A DNA stretch of 64,000 nt. Origin: an archaeon. Its GTDB lineage: Archaea; Nanobdellota; Nanobdellia; Woesearchaeales; GCA-2686295. The notes beneath the pieces are model-generated. The model searched no databases, was not told the origin of the DNA, and saw nothing but the letters and a program-made list of their open reading frames with translations. The translations under genes and the position numbers were made by a program. This document shows positions 55,604 through 63,895 of the stretch, one piece after another (position 1 is the stretch's first letter; each line of letters starts with the position of its first letter). Where the stretch lies: assembly GCA_043817405.1 (NCBI GenBank), contig JBDRGV010000062.1, forward strand, positions 1,267 through 65,266, in the 5' to 3' direction.

Positions 55604-56746
55604 ATGGATTATGCAAAAGAATCTTTAAGACTACACAATGAAAAAAAAGGAAAGCTTTCAATTAAAAGTAAATTTCCCGTTAGAAACAAGACAGACCTAT
55701 CAATAGCATACACACCAGGAGTTGCAGAACCCTGTAGGCTGATAAATAAAAATGAAGAGAATGTCTATAAATACACTATAAAAGGAAACATGGTGGGAAT
55801 TGTGACCGACGGATCAGCAGTTCTTGGACTTGGAAACATCGGAGCAAAAGCGTCAATTCCAGTTATGGAAGGAAAAGCAATTCTTATGAAACGATTTGCA
55901 GGAGTGGATGCATTTCCTATAGCTCTCGCAACCCAAGATGTTGAAGAGATAATAAAAGCAGTAAAACAAATATCACCTGTTTTTGGAGCAATAAACCTGG
56001 AAGACATATCTGCACCCAGATGCTTTGAGATAGAAAAACGTCTCAGAAAAGAATTAGACATACCAATATTTCACGATGATCAACACGGAACAGCAATGGT
56101 TGTACTTGCAGGATTAATAAACTCTTTAAAACTTTGTAACAAGAAAATCCAAGATGTTAAAATTGTAATGAACGGAGCCGGAGCAGCAGGAGTTGCAATT
56201 GCAAAACTGTTAATTGTTTATGGTTTTCAAGATTTGATTATGTGCGATACTAAAGGAGCAATATATCAAGGAAGAACAGAAGGCATGAATCCCATAAAAG
56301 AAGAACTGGCAAGAATTACAAATAAAAAAATCATAAGAGGTTCATTAAAAGAAGCAATTAAAGGAGCAGACATATTTATTGGAGTGAGTGCTCCAAATAC
56401 AATGACACAGGACATGATAAAATCAATGAATAAAAATCCCGTAATATTCGCAATGGCAAATCCATCTCCTGAAATAATGCCTGATGAAGCAAAGAAAGCA
56501 GGAGCAATGATAGTAGCAACTGGCAGAAGCGATTTTCCAAATCAACTAAACAATGTGTTAGTATTTCCAGGAATAATGAAAGGACTACTTAAAACAAGAA
56601 AACAAATAACAGACACACAAAAAATAGCCGTTGCAAAAGCCATAGCGAAAATTATAAAACCCACTAAGAATAAAATAATACCATCACCGTTTGATATGAG
56701 AGTTTCAAAAGCAGTTGAAAAAGCAATAATAAACACAAAAGAATGA
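55604..56746 (+). CDS. NAD(P)-dependent malic enzyme (short prokaryotic form)
   Basis: LSIAYTPGVA, VVTDGSAVLGLGNIG, FHDDQHGTA, NGAGAAG. Confidence 0.85.
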   Translation: MDYAKESLRLHNEKKGKLSIKSKFPVRNKTDLSIAYTPGVAEPCRLINKNEENVYKYTIKGNMVGIVTDGSAVLGLGNIGAKASIPVMEGKAILMKRFAGVDAFPIALATQDVEEIIKAVKQISPVFGAINLEDISAPRCFEIEKRLRKELDIPIFHDDQHGTAMVVLAGLINSLKLCNKKIQDVKIVMNGAGAAGVAIAKLLIVYGFQDLIMCDTKGAIYQGRTEGMNPIKEELARITNKKIIRGSLKEAIKGADIFIGVSAPNTMTQDMIKSMNKNPVIFAMANPSPEIMPDEAKKAGAMIVATGRSDFPNQLNNVLVFPGIMKGLLKTRKQITDTQKIAVAKAIAKIIKPTKNKIIPSPFDMRVSKAVEKAIINTKE

Positions 56747-56776
56747 TTGAAAAAAATAATTTTAAAGGTGAAAAAA

Positions 56777-57718
56777 ATGAGTTACGATGTAATAATAATA
56801 GGCGGTGGAGCAGCAGGAATGACTGCTGGTCTGTACACAGGTAGAAAGAATTTGAAAACACTGATAATCAGCATGGATGTTGGCGGACAAACATCAATCC
56901 CAAGCAACATTGAAAACTACCCTGGATTTGAAGGCATTAACGGTTATGAACTAATGACCAAGTTTCAAATGCAAGCAATGAAATGGGGTGCTGAAATGAT
57001 AACTGGAAAAGTAAAAATCGCTGAGAAAAACAAAGACGGCACATTCAAACTAACATTATCTTCAGGCGAAACCTATGAATCAAGAGCATTAATACTTGCA
57101 TTCGGAAAAACACCGAGAAGCATGGACATACCGGGCGAAGAAAAATTCATGGGACGAGGAGTATCAACCTGCACAACCTGTGACGCACCACTATACAAAG
57201 ACCGAACGGTCGCAGTAATAGGCGGAGGAAACTCAGCACTAGGAGGTGCATGGGAACTATCAAGTATTGCAAAAAAAACATATTTAATCCATCGAAGAGA
57301 TGAATTCAGAGGCGACGAAGTAGAAGAAGAAAGAGTCAAAAAAACAGATAATGTTGAAATAATTTTAAACCATGTACCCGTTGAAGTCAAAGGCGATAAA
57401 TTCGTAGAAGGATTAGTCATTGAAGATGTCAATACTAAAAAACAAAAAACCTTGAAAGTAGACGGAGTATTCGTCGAGATAGGATTCAAAGTTGACAGTG
57501 AATTCGTAGGAAAACTAGTGAAAAGAAACGAGTTGAACGAAGTCATAATAAACAATAGAAACGAAACTTCACAACCAGGAATATTCGCAGCCGGAGACGT
57601 GTCAGACGTTCAATTCAAACAAACAGTCATATCAGCCGGAGACGGTGCAAAAGCAGCACTGCAATGCTACCATTACTTAACAAACGCAAAAGGAAGAGTG
57701 AGTATTGACTGGAGTTAA
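56777..57718 (+). CDS. trxB: Thioredoxin reductase
   Basis: DVIIIGGGAAGMTAG, redox CTTCDA, VIGGGNSA, FAAGDV. Start set to the ATG at 56777 after AAAGGTGA. Confidence 0.85.
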   Translation: MSYDVIIIGGGAAGMTAGLYTGRKNLKTLIISMDVGGQTSIPSNIENYPGFEGINGYELMTKFQMQAMKWGAEMITGKVKIAEKNKDGTFKLTLSSGETYESRALILAFGKTPRSMDIPGEEKFMGRGVSTCTTCDAPLYKDRTVAVIGGGNSALGGAWELSSIAKKTYLIHRRDEFRGDEVEEERVKKTDNVEIILNHVPVEVKGDKFVEGLVIEDVNTKKQKTLKVDGVFVEIGFKVDSEFVGKLVKRNELNEVIINNRNETSQPGIFAAGDVSDVQFKQTVISAGDGAKAALQCYHYLTNAKGRVSIDWS

Positions 57719-57841
57719 TGACTAATAATTTTTTTATTCTTATATGATACAACAAAATTATTTTTGAATTTTGAGCATTGAACTGTGTTCACAGTTCAAT
57801 AGTTGTAAAAATTTATATAACTAAAATACGAAATTAGATAA

Positions 57842-58555
57842 ATGGACTACTTCAATGCAGAGATAGTTGAAAAAAAATCATTAACTCATAATACTGATTC
57901 ATTTCTTTTGAGAATCGAAGAAAATAAGCATTTTCCATACAAAGCAGGACAATTCGTAATGCTAAAAGTCAATATTCATGGCGAAGAAATTAAGAGGGCA
58001 TACTCCATAGCATCGCCACCACCAAGAGATTTCAAACACGCAGAGTATATAGAACTAATTATAAAATATGTACCAGGCGGAAAAATGACAGATTATATTT
58101 TTTCACTGAAAAAAGGATCATGTGTAGAAGTTGCAGGTCCATTCGGACAATTCATACTAAAAGAACCAATTCAAGAAGGCGACATATTCATGGCCACAGG
58201 CAGTGGAATCGCACCATTCATGTCAATGCTGAGAAAAGCCTTTAGAGATCATAATCCAAAAGAATTCTATTTGTTCTTCGGCGTTCAAAACATGAGTGAG
58301 ATAATCTACAAACACGAATTAGAACAATGGAATGAAGAACATCAAAATTTTCATTTAATAATTTGTCTAAGCAAAGCAGAAGAAGGCTGGAACGGAGAAA
58401 CAGGATACGTGCAAGATAAACTAACACATCACATTAGAGATTTCAAAAACAAACAAGCATACCTCTGCGGATTGCCAATAATGGTAGAGCAATCAAGACA
58501 AAGATTAATTGAGCTGGGATTAAAACCTGATAATATTTACAGAGAAATCTACTAG
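57842..58555 (+). CDS. Ferredoxin-NADP+ reductase-like FAD/NAD(P)-binding oxidoreductase
   Basis: RAYSIAS (RxYS FAD motif), MATGSGIAPF (NAD(P) motif), and a CGLPIM terminal block. Confidence 0.7.
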   Translation: MDYFNAEIVEKKSLTHNTDSFLLRIEENKHFPYKAGQFVMLKVNIHGEEIKRAYSIASPPPRDFKHAEYIELIIKYVPGGKMTDYIFSLKKGSCVEVAGPFGQFILKEPIQEGDIFMATGSGIAPFMSMLRKAFRDHNPKEFYLFFGVQNMSEIIYKHELEQWNEEHQNFHLIICLSKAEEGWNGETGYVQDKLTHHIRDFKNKQAYLCGLPIMVEQSRQRLIELGLKPDNIYREIY

Positions 58556-58899
58556 TTCCAATTATTAATTGCTTCTTTTACTTTTTTATGCCAACTATCA
58601 ATAATAGTAATTATATCTTCTTTAACTTTTTCTTTGTCCTTAATGGAATACAAGAAACTATAGCCACCCTTCATAAGATTAATCTGCCATCTCTGAACAA
58701 GATTTCTCTCAACCAAATTCTTAATGGCTTTTTGAACACTACTACGTTCAAGCTTTAGCTTTTTAGAAACCTCACTGACAGAAAACTCCTTATTATTCTT
58801 AATAAAAAAATCAAAAACAGTATAATCGGTTTTGTTCAAATTAAAACTACAACGAATAAGCTCACTGAGTTCAATGTCCTTACATGCGAAACTAATCAT
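58552..58899 (-). CDS. Winged-helix transcriptional regulator
   Basis: FSVSEVSKKLKLERSSVQKAIKNLVERNLVQR HTH. ATGA-coupled to the upstream radical SAM gene. Confidence 0.5.
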   Translation of the reverse strand: MISFACKDIELSELIRCSFNLNKTDYTVFDFFIKNNKEFSVSEVSKKLKLERSSVQKAIKNLVERNLVQRWQINLMKGGYSFLYSIKDKEKVKEDIITIIDSWHKKVKEAINNWN

Positions 58900-59903
58900 T
58901 TGAAAACACCCGGTACTTTTGTATTACAGTTATTGCACTTACCTTTAATAATGTTGCTCTGAGAAACATTAAAACCAATTCTTTCAATTAGCAAAGCATT
59001 ACATTTAGGACAAAAAGTATTCTCATAGCCACGTGCAATAACATTACCGACATAGACATAATTCAATCCGATAGCTTTAGCAATGTTATATGCATTCAAC
59101 AAAGCAGGCAATGGAGTTCTAGGAATATGACTTAGTTCAAAGTCTGGGTGAAAAGCCGAGAAATGTAATGGAACATCAACGCCAACTTCTTTTTTAATCC
59201 ACTCACACATCTTTTTAATTAATTCAAAATCATCGTTCAAACTAGGAATTATAAGGTTAGTAATTTCCAGCCAAATATTATTCTTTTTTAAAGTTTTAAT
59301 TGTTTCCAAAACAGGCTCCAACCAAGCAGTTGTAACCTTGCCATAAAAAGGATTAGTAAAACCCTTTAAATCAACGTTTACACCGTCGATAAAAGGAAGT
59401 AATTCTTTCAAAGGTTCAGGGTTGATAAAACCATTGGTAACCATTGTGTTTTTGATGCCTGCTTTCTTGGCTAATTTGGCAGTGTTCAACATGAATTCAT
59501 AGAAAATAGTTGGTTCGTTATAGGTGTAAGCAATGCTATCGCAATCATTATCTTTTGCAGCCTTAATAATTTCTTTTGGAGTCACGGTTTTTTCAAAAGC
59601 CTGACCTGATTCCATCTGTGAAGTGTTCCAATTCTGACAATGCTTGCAATGAAGATTACAGCCAACGGTTCCGAAACTCAAAACGCTGGAACCGGGCAAG
59701 AAATGAAACAAAGGTTTTTTCTCAATTGGATCGACGGCCAAGCCACCTGCAACCTTGCCATAAACAGTCGAGTAAAGCTTGCCATTCTCAGCCTTCCTGA
59801 CCCTGCAGAAACCCAACTCACCATCCTTGACAAAACAATTTCGAGGACAAAGAACACATTTAACAACGCCTTTCTCAACCAAATAATACATTGCCTCTTT
59901 CAT
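58896..59903 (-). CDS. AmmeMemoRadiSam-system radical SAM enzyme (AmrS-type)
   Basis: N-terminal CVLCPRNC...GFCRVR cluster, DPIEKKPLFHFLPGS, GTVGCNLHCKHCQNW, C-terminal CPKCN...CNNCN. Confidence 0.75.
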   Translation of the reverse strand: MKEAMYYLVEKGVVKCVLCPRNCFVKDGELGFCRVRKAENGKLYSTVYGKVAGGLAVDPIEKKPLFHFLPGSSVLSFGTVGCNLHCKHCQNWNTSQMESGQAFEKTVTPKEIIKAAKDNDCDSIAYTYNEPTIFYEFMLNTAKLAKKAGIKNTMVTNGFINPEPLKELLPFIDGVNVDLKGFTNPFYGKVTTAWLEPVLETIKTLKKNNIWLEITNLIIPSLNDDFELIKKMCEWIKKEVGVDVPLHFSAFHPDFELSHIPRTPLPALLNAYNIAKAIGLNYVYVGNVIARGYENTFCPKCNALLIERIGFNVSQSNIIKGKCNNCNTKVPGVFK

Positions 59904-59947
59904 GGAAAAGAATAATACTTTTGAGTTTTAATATTTTTAGGATTTTT

Positions 59948-60430
59948 TTACTTAGCAAGTGATGCTAGAATTCCTGATCCTGCAATTATTAAAAGTAGAC
60001 TAAATACTTTCAAAATAGTTATTGATTCTCCAAGAAATGCCATTCCTATCAAGGCAGCGATTGCAATACTTCCGCCAATTATTATAGGTCCTCCAACAGA
60101 AACCGGAATGCCCGATCCATATGCTTTTAAGACGAGAACATCAAGCGCTAAAGCACAAATACCTGCGAGTATAACAAATATAATTCCTTTAGGGCTTGTA
60201 AATAAAGTCGTTGTTTTAATTTTTGGAATAAAAAAGAATAATCCAACAATAACTGCAGTCAAAGAAACAATTATTGCTCCGAATAATTTATCAATATGTG
60301 GAGATGCTTGTTGATGCAAAACAGTCCAAAATCCGAAAACAATTGCTGCACCAATTGCAAATATTAATCCAGGATTCATAATAACATAATATTCAGACAA
60401 ATTTATAAAGTTTGTCAACTTAGAACACAA
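59948..60430 (-). CDS. Small DMT/EamA-like membrane protein
   Basis: Four to five TM helices, Gly-rich last helices. The probable true start is MNPGLIF at 60379. Confidence 0.5.
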   Translation of the reverse strand: MCSKLTNFINLSEYYVIMNPGLIFAIGAAIVFGFWTVLHQQASPHIDKLFGAIIVSLTAVIVGLFFFIPKIKTTTLFTSPKGIIFVILAGICALALDVLVLKAYGSGIPVSVGGPIIIGGSIAIAALIGMAFLGESITILKVFSLLLIIAGSGILASLAK

Positions 60431-60445
60431 TTAGGGGGTGCTAAA

Positions 60446-60703
60446 ATGGCAGAAGAAGAAATAGGTTTTATAACGCATTATTTCTCGCATATTGGCGTCG
60501 GAGTTATAAATATACGAAAGGGAAAGCTGAAAGTCGGGGATAAAATTCATGTCAAAGGTGCGACAACAGACTTCACACAGAAAATAGAATCAATGCAAGT
60601 AGAACATAAAAGTATTAAGGAAGCGAAGAAAGGAGACGACATCGGTCTAAAAGTGAAAGATCATGTGCGAGAGTATGATAAAGTGTTCAAAGTTATCGAC
60701 TAA
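60446..60703 (+). CDS. Small beta-barrel protein resembling translation-factor domain II
   Basis: GKLKVGDKIHVKG...VEHKSIKEAKKGDDIGLKV pattern. GGGGTG SD upstream. Confidence 0.45.
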   Translation: MAEEEIGFITHYFSHIGVGVINIRKGKLKVGDKIHVKGATTDFTQKIESMQVEHKSIKEAKKGDDIGLKVKDHVREYDKVFKVID

Positions 60704-60727
60704 TCTAAGAAAATATCAAAAGTTTGC

Positions 60728-60771
60728 AAATTTTTGAAGTCGCTAAAATCTTTGATTTTAGAGACACAAAG
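60728..60771 (+). repeat. Intergenic element copy B
   Basis: AAATTTTTGAAGTCGC, then the hairpin CTAAAATC-TTT-GATTTTAG, then AGACACAAAG. Upstream of the LSm gene. Confidence 0.5.
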
Positions 60772-60878
60772 CTAAAGTTTTGAAGTTTGGAACTCTTGAA
60801 AATTCCAAACTTTTATAAACCCTTCATAAATACTTAAAGTAAAATATTTTAGGCGTTATTAGCCGGAGTTGATTAATA

Positions 60879-61103
60879 ATGGAACCATCAAGACCTTTAG
60901 ATGCCTTAAACAAGGCACGAAATAAAAAAGTAATAGTAGAATTAAAGAACCAAAAGCAATTTAGAGGAACACTAGTGGCTTTTGACATCCACATAAACAC
61001 TGTTTTAGATGACGCAGAAGAATATGTTGATGGCGAATTAAAAAGAAAGCTAGGAAACATATTTATTAGAGGAGATACAATCACAATAATCTCACCACAA
61101 TAA
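60879..61103 (+). CDS. Sm-like archaeal protein (LSm/SmAP)
   Basis: Sm1/Sm2 motifs VIVELKNQKQFRGTLVAFDIHINTVLDDAEE ... IFIRGDTITII. Confidence 0.85.
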   Translation: MEPSRPLDALNKARNKKVIVELKNQKQFRGTLVAFDIHINTVLDDAEEYVDGELKRKLGNIFIRGDTITIISPQ

Positions 61104-61117
61104 GGTAATTAACAACA

Positions 61118-61209
61118 ACAAAAATCAAAAACTAGTTTTTGGTCATCAAATCAAAGATTTGATAAATCAAAGATTTCACAAAAATTATTAATTTTTGGGA
61201 CACAAAAAG
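61118..61209 (+). repeat. Intergenic element copy C
   Basis: CAAAAATCAAAAAC, two AAATCAAAGATTT units (61148-60 and 61164-76), then TTTTTGGGACACAAAAA. Upstream of L37e. Confidence 0.5.
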
Positions 61210-61256
61210 CTCAACTTTTTGATTGTTTGAGCATTTAAAATCAGGAGATTTCAAAT

Positions 61257-61421
61257 ATGACTAAAGGAACACCTTCTATGGGTAAAAAGACAGGGAAAAA
61301 GTCTCACATAATTTGTAGACGATGCGGAGACAGATCATACCATGTCAGCAAGAAAGTTTGCAGTTCATGTGGCTTTGGTAAAACCCCAAAGATGAGATCA
61401 TACACCTGGCAGAAGAAATAG
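61257..61421 (+). CDS. rpl37e: 50S ribosomal protein L37e
   Basis: 54-aa ORF missing from the track (too short): [54 protein letters not shown] with a C4 zinc ribbon. GGAG SD upstream. The conserved archaeal LSm-L37e adjacency is present. Confidence 0.85.
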   Translation: MTKGTPSMGKKTGKKSHIICRRCGDRSYHVSKKVCSSCGFGKTPKMRSYTWQKK

Positions 61422-61490
61422 TTCTTTTTTCGAAATATTTTTGGTTTTTATTGAGTAATCTATATTAACACTATTTTTTAAAGTCTATTT

Positions 61491-61781
61491 ATGGCTATAT
61501 TTGCAAAAAATTTAAATAAGGATTATAATTATCATTATAATAAAGATAAGAAAGTTCGTTTTCACAAACATTTTTTATTTAGGAAAAAACATCGGAATGT
61601 TAATTTAGATATTGTTTTTGAAACATTGGAAACAGGCAGAATTAATTCAAAAAAATCAAAAGGAACTAAACTATGTGTCGAACGATTTTTTGGTAAAACC
61701 AATCAAACATGTGTGTTGATTGTGAATAATTATGAAAGATTTATAGAGGTAAAAACAGTATGGTTCAAAAAAGGGAAATGA
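61491..61781 (+). CDS. Hypothetical basic protein (possible toxin partner)
   Basis: 96 aa. Its stop forms ATGA with the next ORF's start. Confidence 0.3.
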   Translation: MAIFAKNLNKDYNYHYNKDKKVRFHKHFLFRKKHRNVNLDIVFETLETGRINSKKSKGTKLCVERFFGKTNQTCVLIVNNYERFIEVKTVWFKKGK

Positions 61782-62080
61782 GATTAAGATGTGATTGTGG
61801 AAAATATTTTCAAAATAAAGAAGTAGACATTAAAGGGATAGTTACAAGTGCAGAAGTTTGTTCGGGTTGTGGATACATAACTTTTACCAGGGAACAGGCA
61901 GAGGCATTTTTCAAAGCCAAGGAGCTACAGGAAATGATAAAGGGAAAGAGAAAAATAATCAGAATAGGAGACTCCATAGGCATAACTCTGCCTGAAAAAA
62001 TGAAGTCATTCGGTTTGAAAGCCGGAAAAGAGCTCAAAGCAAGAGCCACAGGACCGAGATCATTTGAATTATCTTTTTAA
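61778..62080 (+). CDS. Zinc-ribbon + AbrB/SpoVT-like (MazE-type) DNA-binding protein, putative antitoxin
   Basis: CDCG...CSGCG ribbon followed by IIRIGDSIGITLPEKMKSFGLKAGKEL, a swapped-hairpin-like motif. Confidence 0.45.
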   Translation: MRLRCDCGKYFQNKEVDIKGIVTSAEVCSGCGYITFTREQAEAFFKAKELQEMIKGKRKIIRIGDSIGITLPEKMKSFGLKAGKELKARATGPRSFELSF

Positions 62081-62227
62081 TAGCAAACTTTTTAAACGAA
62101 ATATTTCTCCAATAGATTATGCTCTACCAATGTAGGACTTAGCGAGTATTTACGAGCTAATGTCGTACTTTGCGTGTCAACTGAGCGTAACCAGTTGCGG
62201 GGATGCCGGAGTGGCCAAACGGGACAG

Positions 62228-62260
62228 ATAATTTCTTTTAAGATAAAGAAATTAGTCCAA
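62228..62260 (+). other. tRNA-Leu intron 1 (33 nt) at non-canonical position 30/31
   Basis: BHB. Central helix GGAC (62222-25) / GTCC (62255-58). 3-nt bulges AGA and AAG. 10-bp outer hairpin TAATTTCTTT/AAAGAAATTA. Confidence 0.7.
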
Positions 62261-62267
62261 GCTTAGG

Positions 62268-62300
62268 TTTGTTCATCGTTTTGGCGATGAACAAGAAGAC
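62268..62300 (+). other. tRNA-Leu intron 2 (33 nt) at canonical position 37/38
   Basis: BHB. Central helix CTTA/GAAG (3 bp plus an A-G mismatch). Bulges GGT and ACA. 10-bp outer hairpin TTGTTCATCG/CGATGAACAA. Confidence 0.7.
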
Positions 62301-62351
62301 ACCTGTTGGCTTAGTGCCTACGAGGGTTCGAATCCTTCTCCCCGCACCATT

Positions 62352-63425
62352 TTAATCTTCCATCCAAACTTCTACTGTGACTACTGCGCTTTGTTCACCA
62401 ATATTAGTAAGAATTAAATCATCTAATCTTACTTCAAAGCCATCTAAACTTTTTATTTCGCCTTCATCAAAGTTTGCTGAATCCCCATTTAAAACTATGG
62501 ACACAGTCTTTGAATTTGCACTGGTTGCTTCTAAAGTTATAGACCTGCCTGCCAATGTGAATTCAACGGATTCTCCAACATCAAGCTGGTGAGATGAAAA
62601 GTCAAATACTTCTTTTTTTATTTCAATCTTTACTTCTTCAGAACCAAAATTAACACTCATCACTTTTATTAATAAATCGCCGACAATTGTTTCGTCACCA
62701 ACTTCAAACTCTCGTTCATCATTGTTAACCACGATTGTTATTTCATTGTTTGATTGTCTCAAATTAGCTAATTCTAGAATGTATTGATTATTATTCAAAT
62801 AAATGATTTTCTGGTCGTCTTTATCCTTAAATTCAATTTGAACATCTTCGTTTTGATAGGTTCCTTGAATTACTGATACTGAAAACTCTTCCAGGTATTT
62901 ATCGAGCAAATCAAAGCCGATTGAATCTTCAATTAATATCACTTTTCCATTTGAAACCCATAAATAAGTATTTTCGTAGGGGTTAAAATACAAATCTTGG
63001 TCAACAAAATCAACCTCTTCAGCATCTAAAAACGCGTAGTTTTTATCTTCGCTGGCTTTAGTCATGAATTCAAACAAATTAATTTTGTTATCTTTTGAAT
63101 ATAGCACCGACACGACAGCGTTTGTTGATCCGAAACCATAGTGTGTTTCCATTGATTCAAAGGCACATCCTAGAATGTTTTTAGTGCTTGTTTTAGTTTC
63201 TTTATACTTGTATTCGCCTATCTTTTTCTCAATTAGATAATCCGACGGGTCAAATGTTTCAATTTTGGGTTTGAGAACTGGATGTTCTTCAGGAATCTGA
63301 GTGCTGAGATTCTCTTGCACGGTTACATCTTCTGTTAGGTTTTCTTCAACGGTTTCTTCTATATCGGCTCCACAGGCCGATAGAATGAATGCTAAAACTA
63401 AAATCATAATCAATGTTCTTCTCAT
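62352..63425 (-). CDS. Putative lipoprotein (lipobox signal peptide), acidic extracytoplasmic protein
   Basis: MRRTLIMILVLAFILSAC|G carries an L-S-A-C lipobox. Start set to the ATG at 63425, preceded by AGGTGG. Confidence 0.6.
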   Translation of the reverse strand: MRRTLIMILVLAFILSACGADIEETVEENLTEDVTVQENLSTQIPEEHPVLKPKIETFDPSDYLIEKKIGEYKYKETKTSTKNILGCAFESMETHYGFGSTNAVVSVLYSKDNKINLFEFMTKASEDKNYAFLDAEEVDFVDQDLYFNPYENTYLWVSNGKVILIEDSIGFDLLDKYLEEFSVSVIQGTYQNEDVQIEFKDKDDQKIIYLNNNQYILELANLRQSNNEITIVVNNDEREFEVGDETIVGDLLIKVMSVNFGSEEVKIEIKKEVFDFSSHQLDVGESVEFTLAGRSITLEATSANSKTVSIVLNGDSANFDEGEIKSLDGFEVRLDDLILTNIGEQSAVVTVEVWMED

Positions 63426-63895
63426 GGTTACCACCTAAAGAACCCATGAACTATTCAGTATATAAAATTATCTCTATATATTATTACTATATTACAATTG
63501 GTCATTGTAAATCGGAACCGGTCGTTGTATTATAAAAATATCATACTTTCTTGGAAGATTTGCATAAAAGAATTGGTTTATCAGACCCTTTATAAATCAA
63601 CAAAGGAATCTTTATAAAGGAAGAGCACTCATTAGGGTTAATTACTTATCAGGACTGAACACGTCAACTGTTCGAATTAGAGGGTTAGAAGGGTTATAAA
63701 CAATGATAAGATGTTGTCATACGCTATTCTATCGAAAACTTTATAAAGTATTTCCATCTATATCGCAATACGCTGTAGGAATGACTATATTATATACTGG
63801 GGCTTAAATTAATGGTTTTGGCGAAAGCTAATCCATTAGCGCAAACTCAGTATATATAAGCGAGTCATGATTAGTAAAAACACGGAGGTGTTTAA

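Larger units (their letters stand above)
62197..62349 (+). tRNA. tRNA-Leu (anticodon UAG) with two introns and a genomically encoded CCA
   Basis: Hand fold. Acceptor GCGGGGA/TCCCCGC. Long D-loop. After splicing, anticodon arm ACAGG-CTTAGGA-CCTGT. 15-nt variable arm TGGCTTAGTGCCTAC. T-arm GAGGG-TTCGAAT-CCTTC. Discriminator A73, then CCA. Confidence 0.85.

Noticed and set aside
133-57555. Numerous 60-160-aa ORFs antisense to well-supported genes, for example 133..342, 3001..3294, 7194..7397, 22182..22598, 22771..23166, 23751..24065, 53250..53738 and 57073..57555.
   Set aside because: Each lies inside a gene with strong family motifs on the other strand, has a low-complexity Ser/Phe/Leu/Ile-rich translation, and lacks translation signals.
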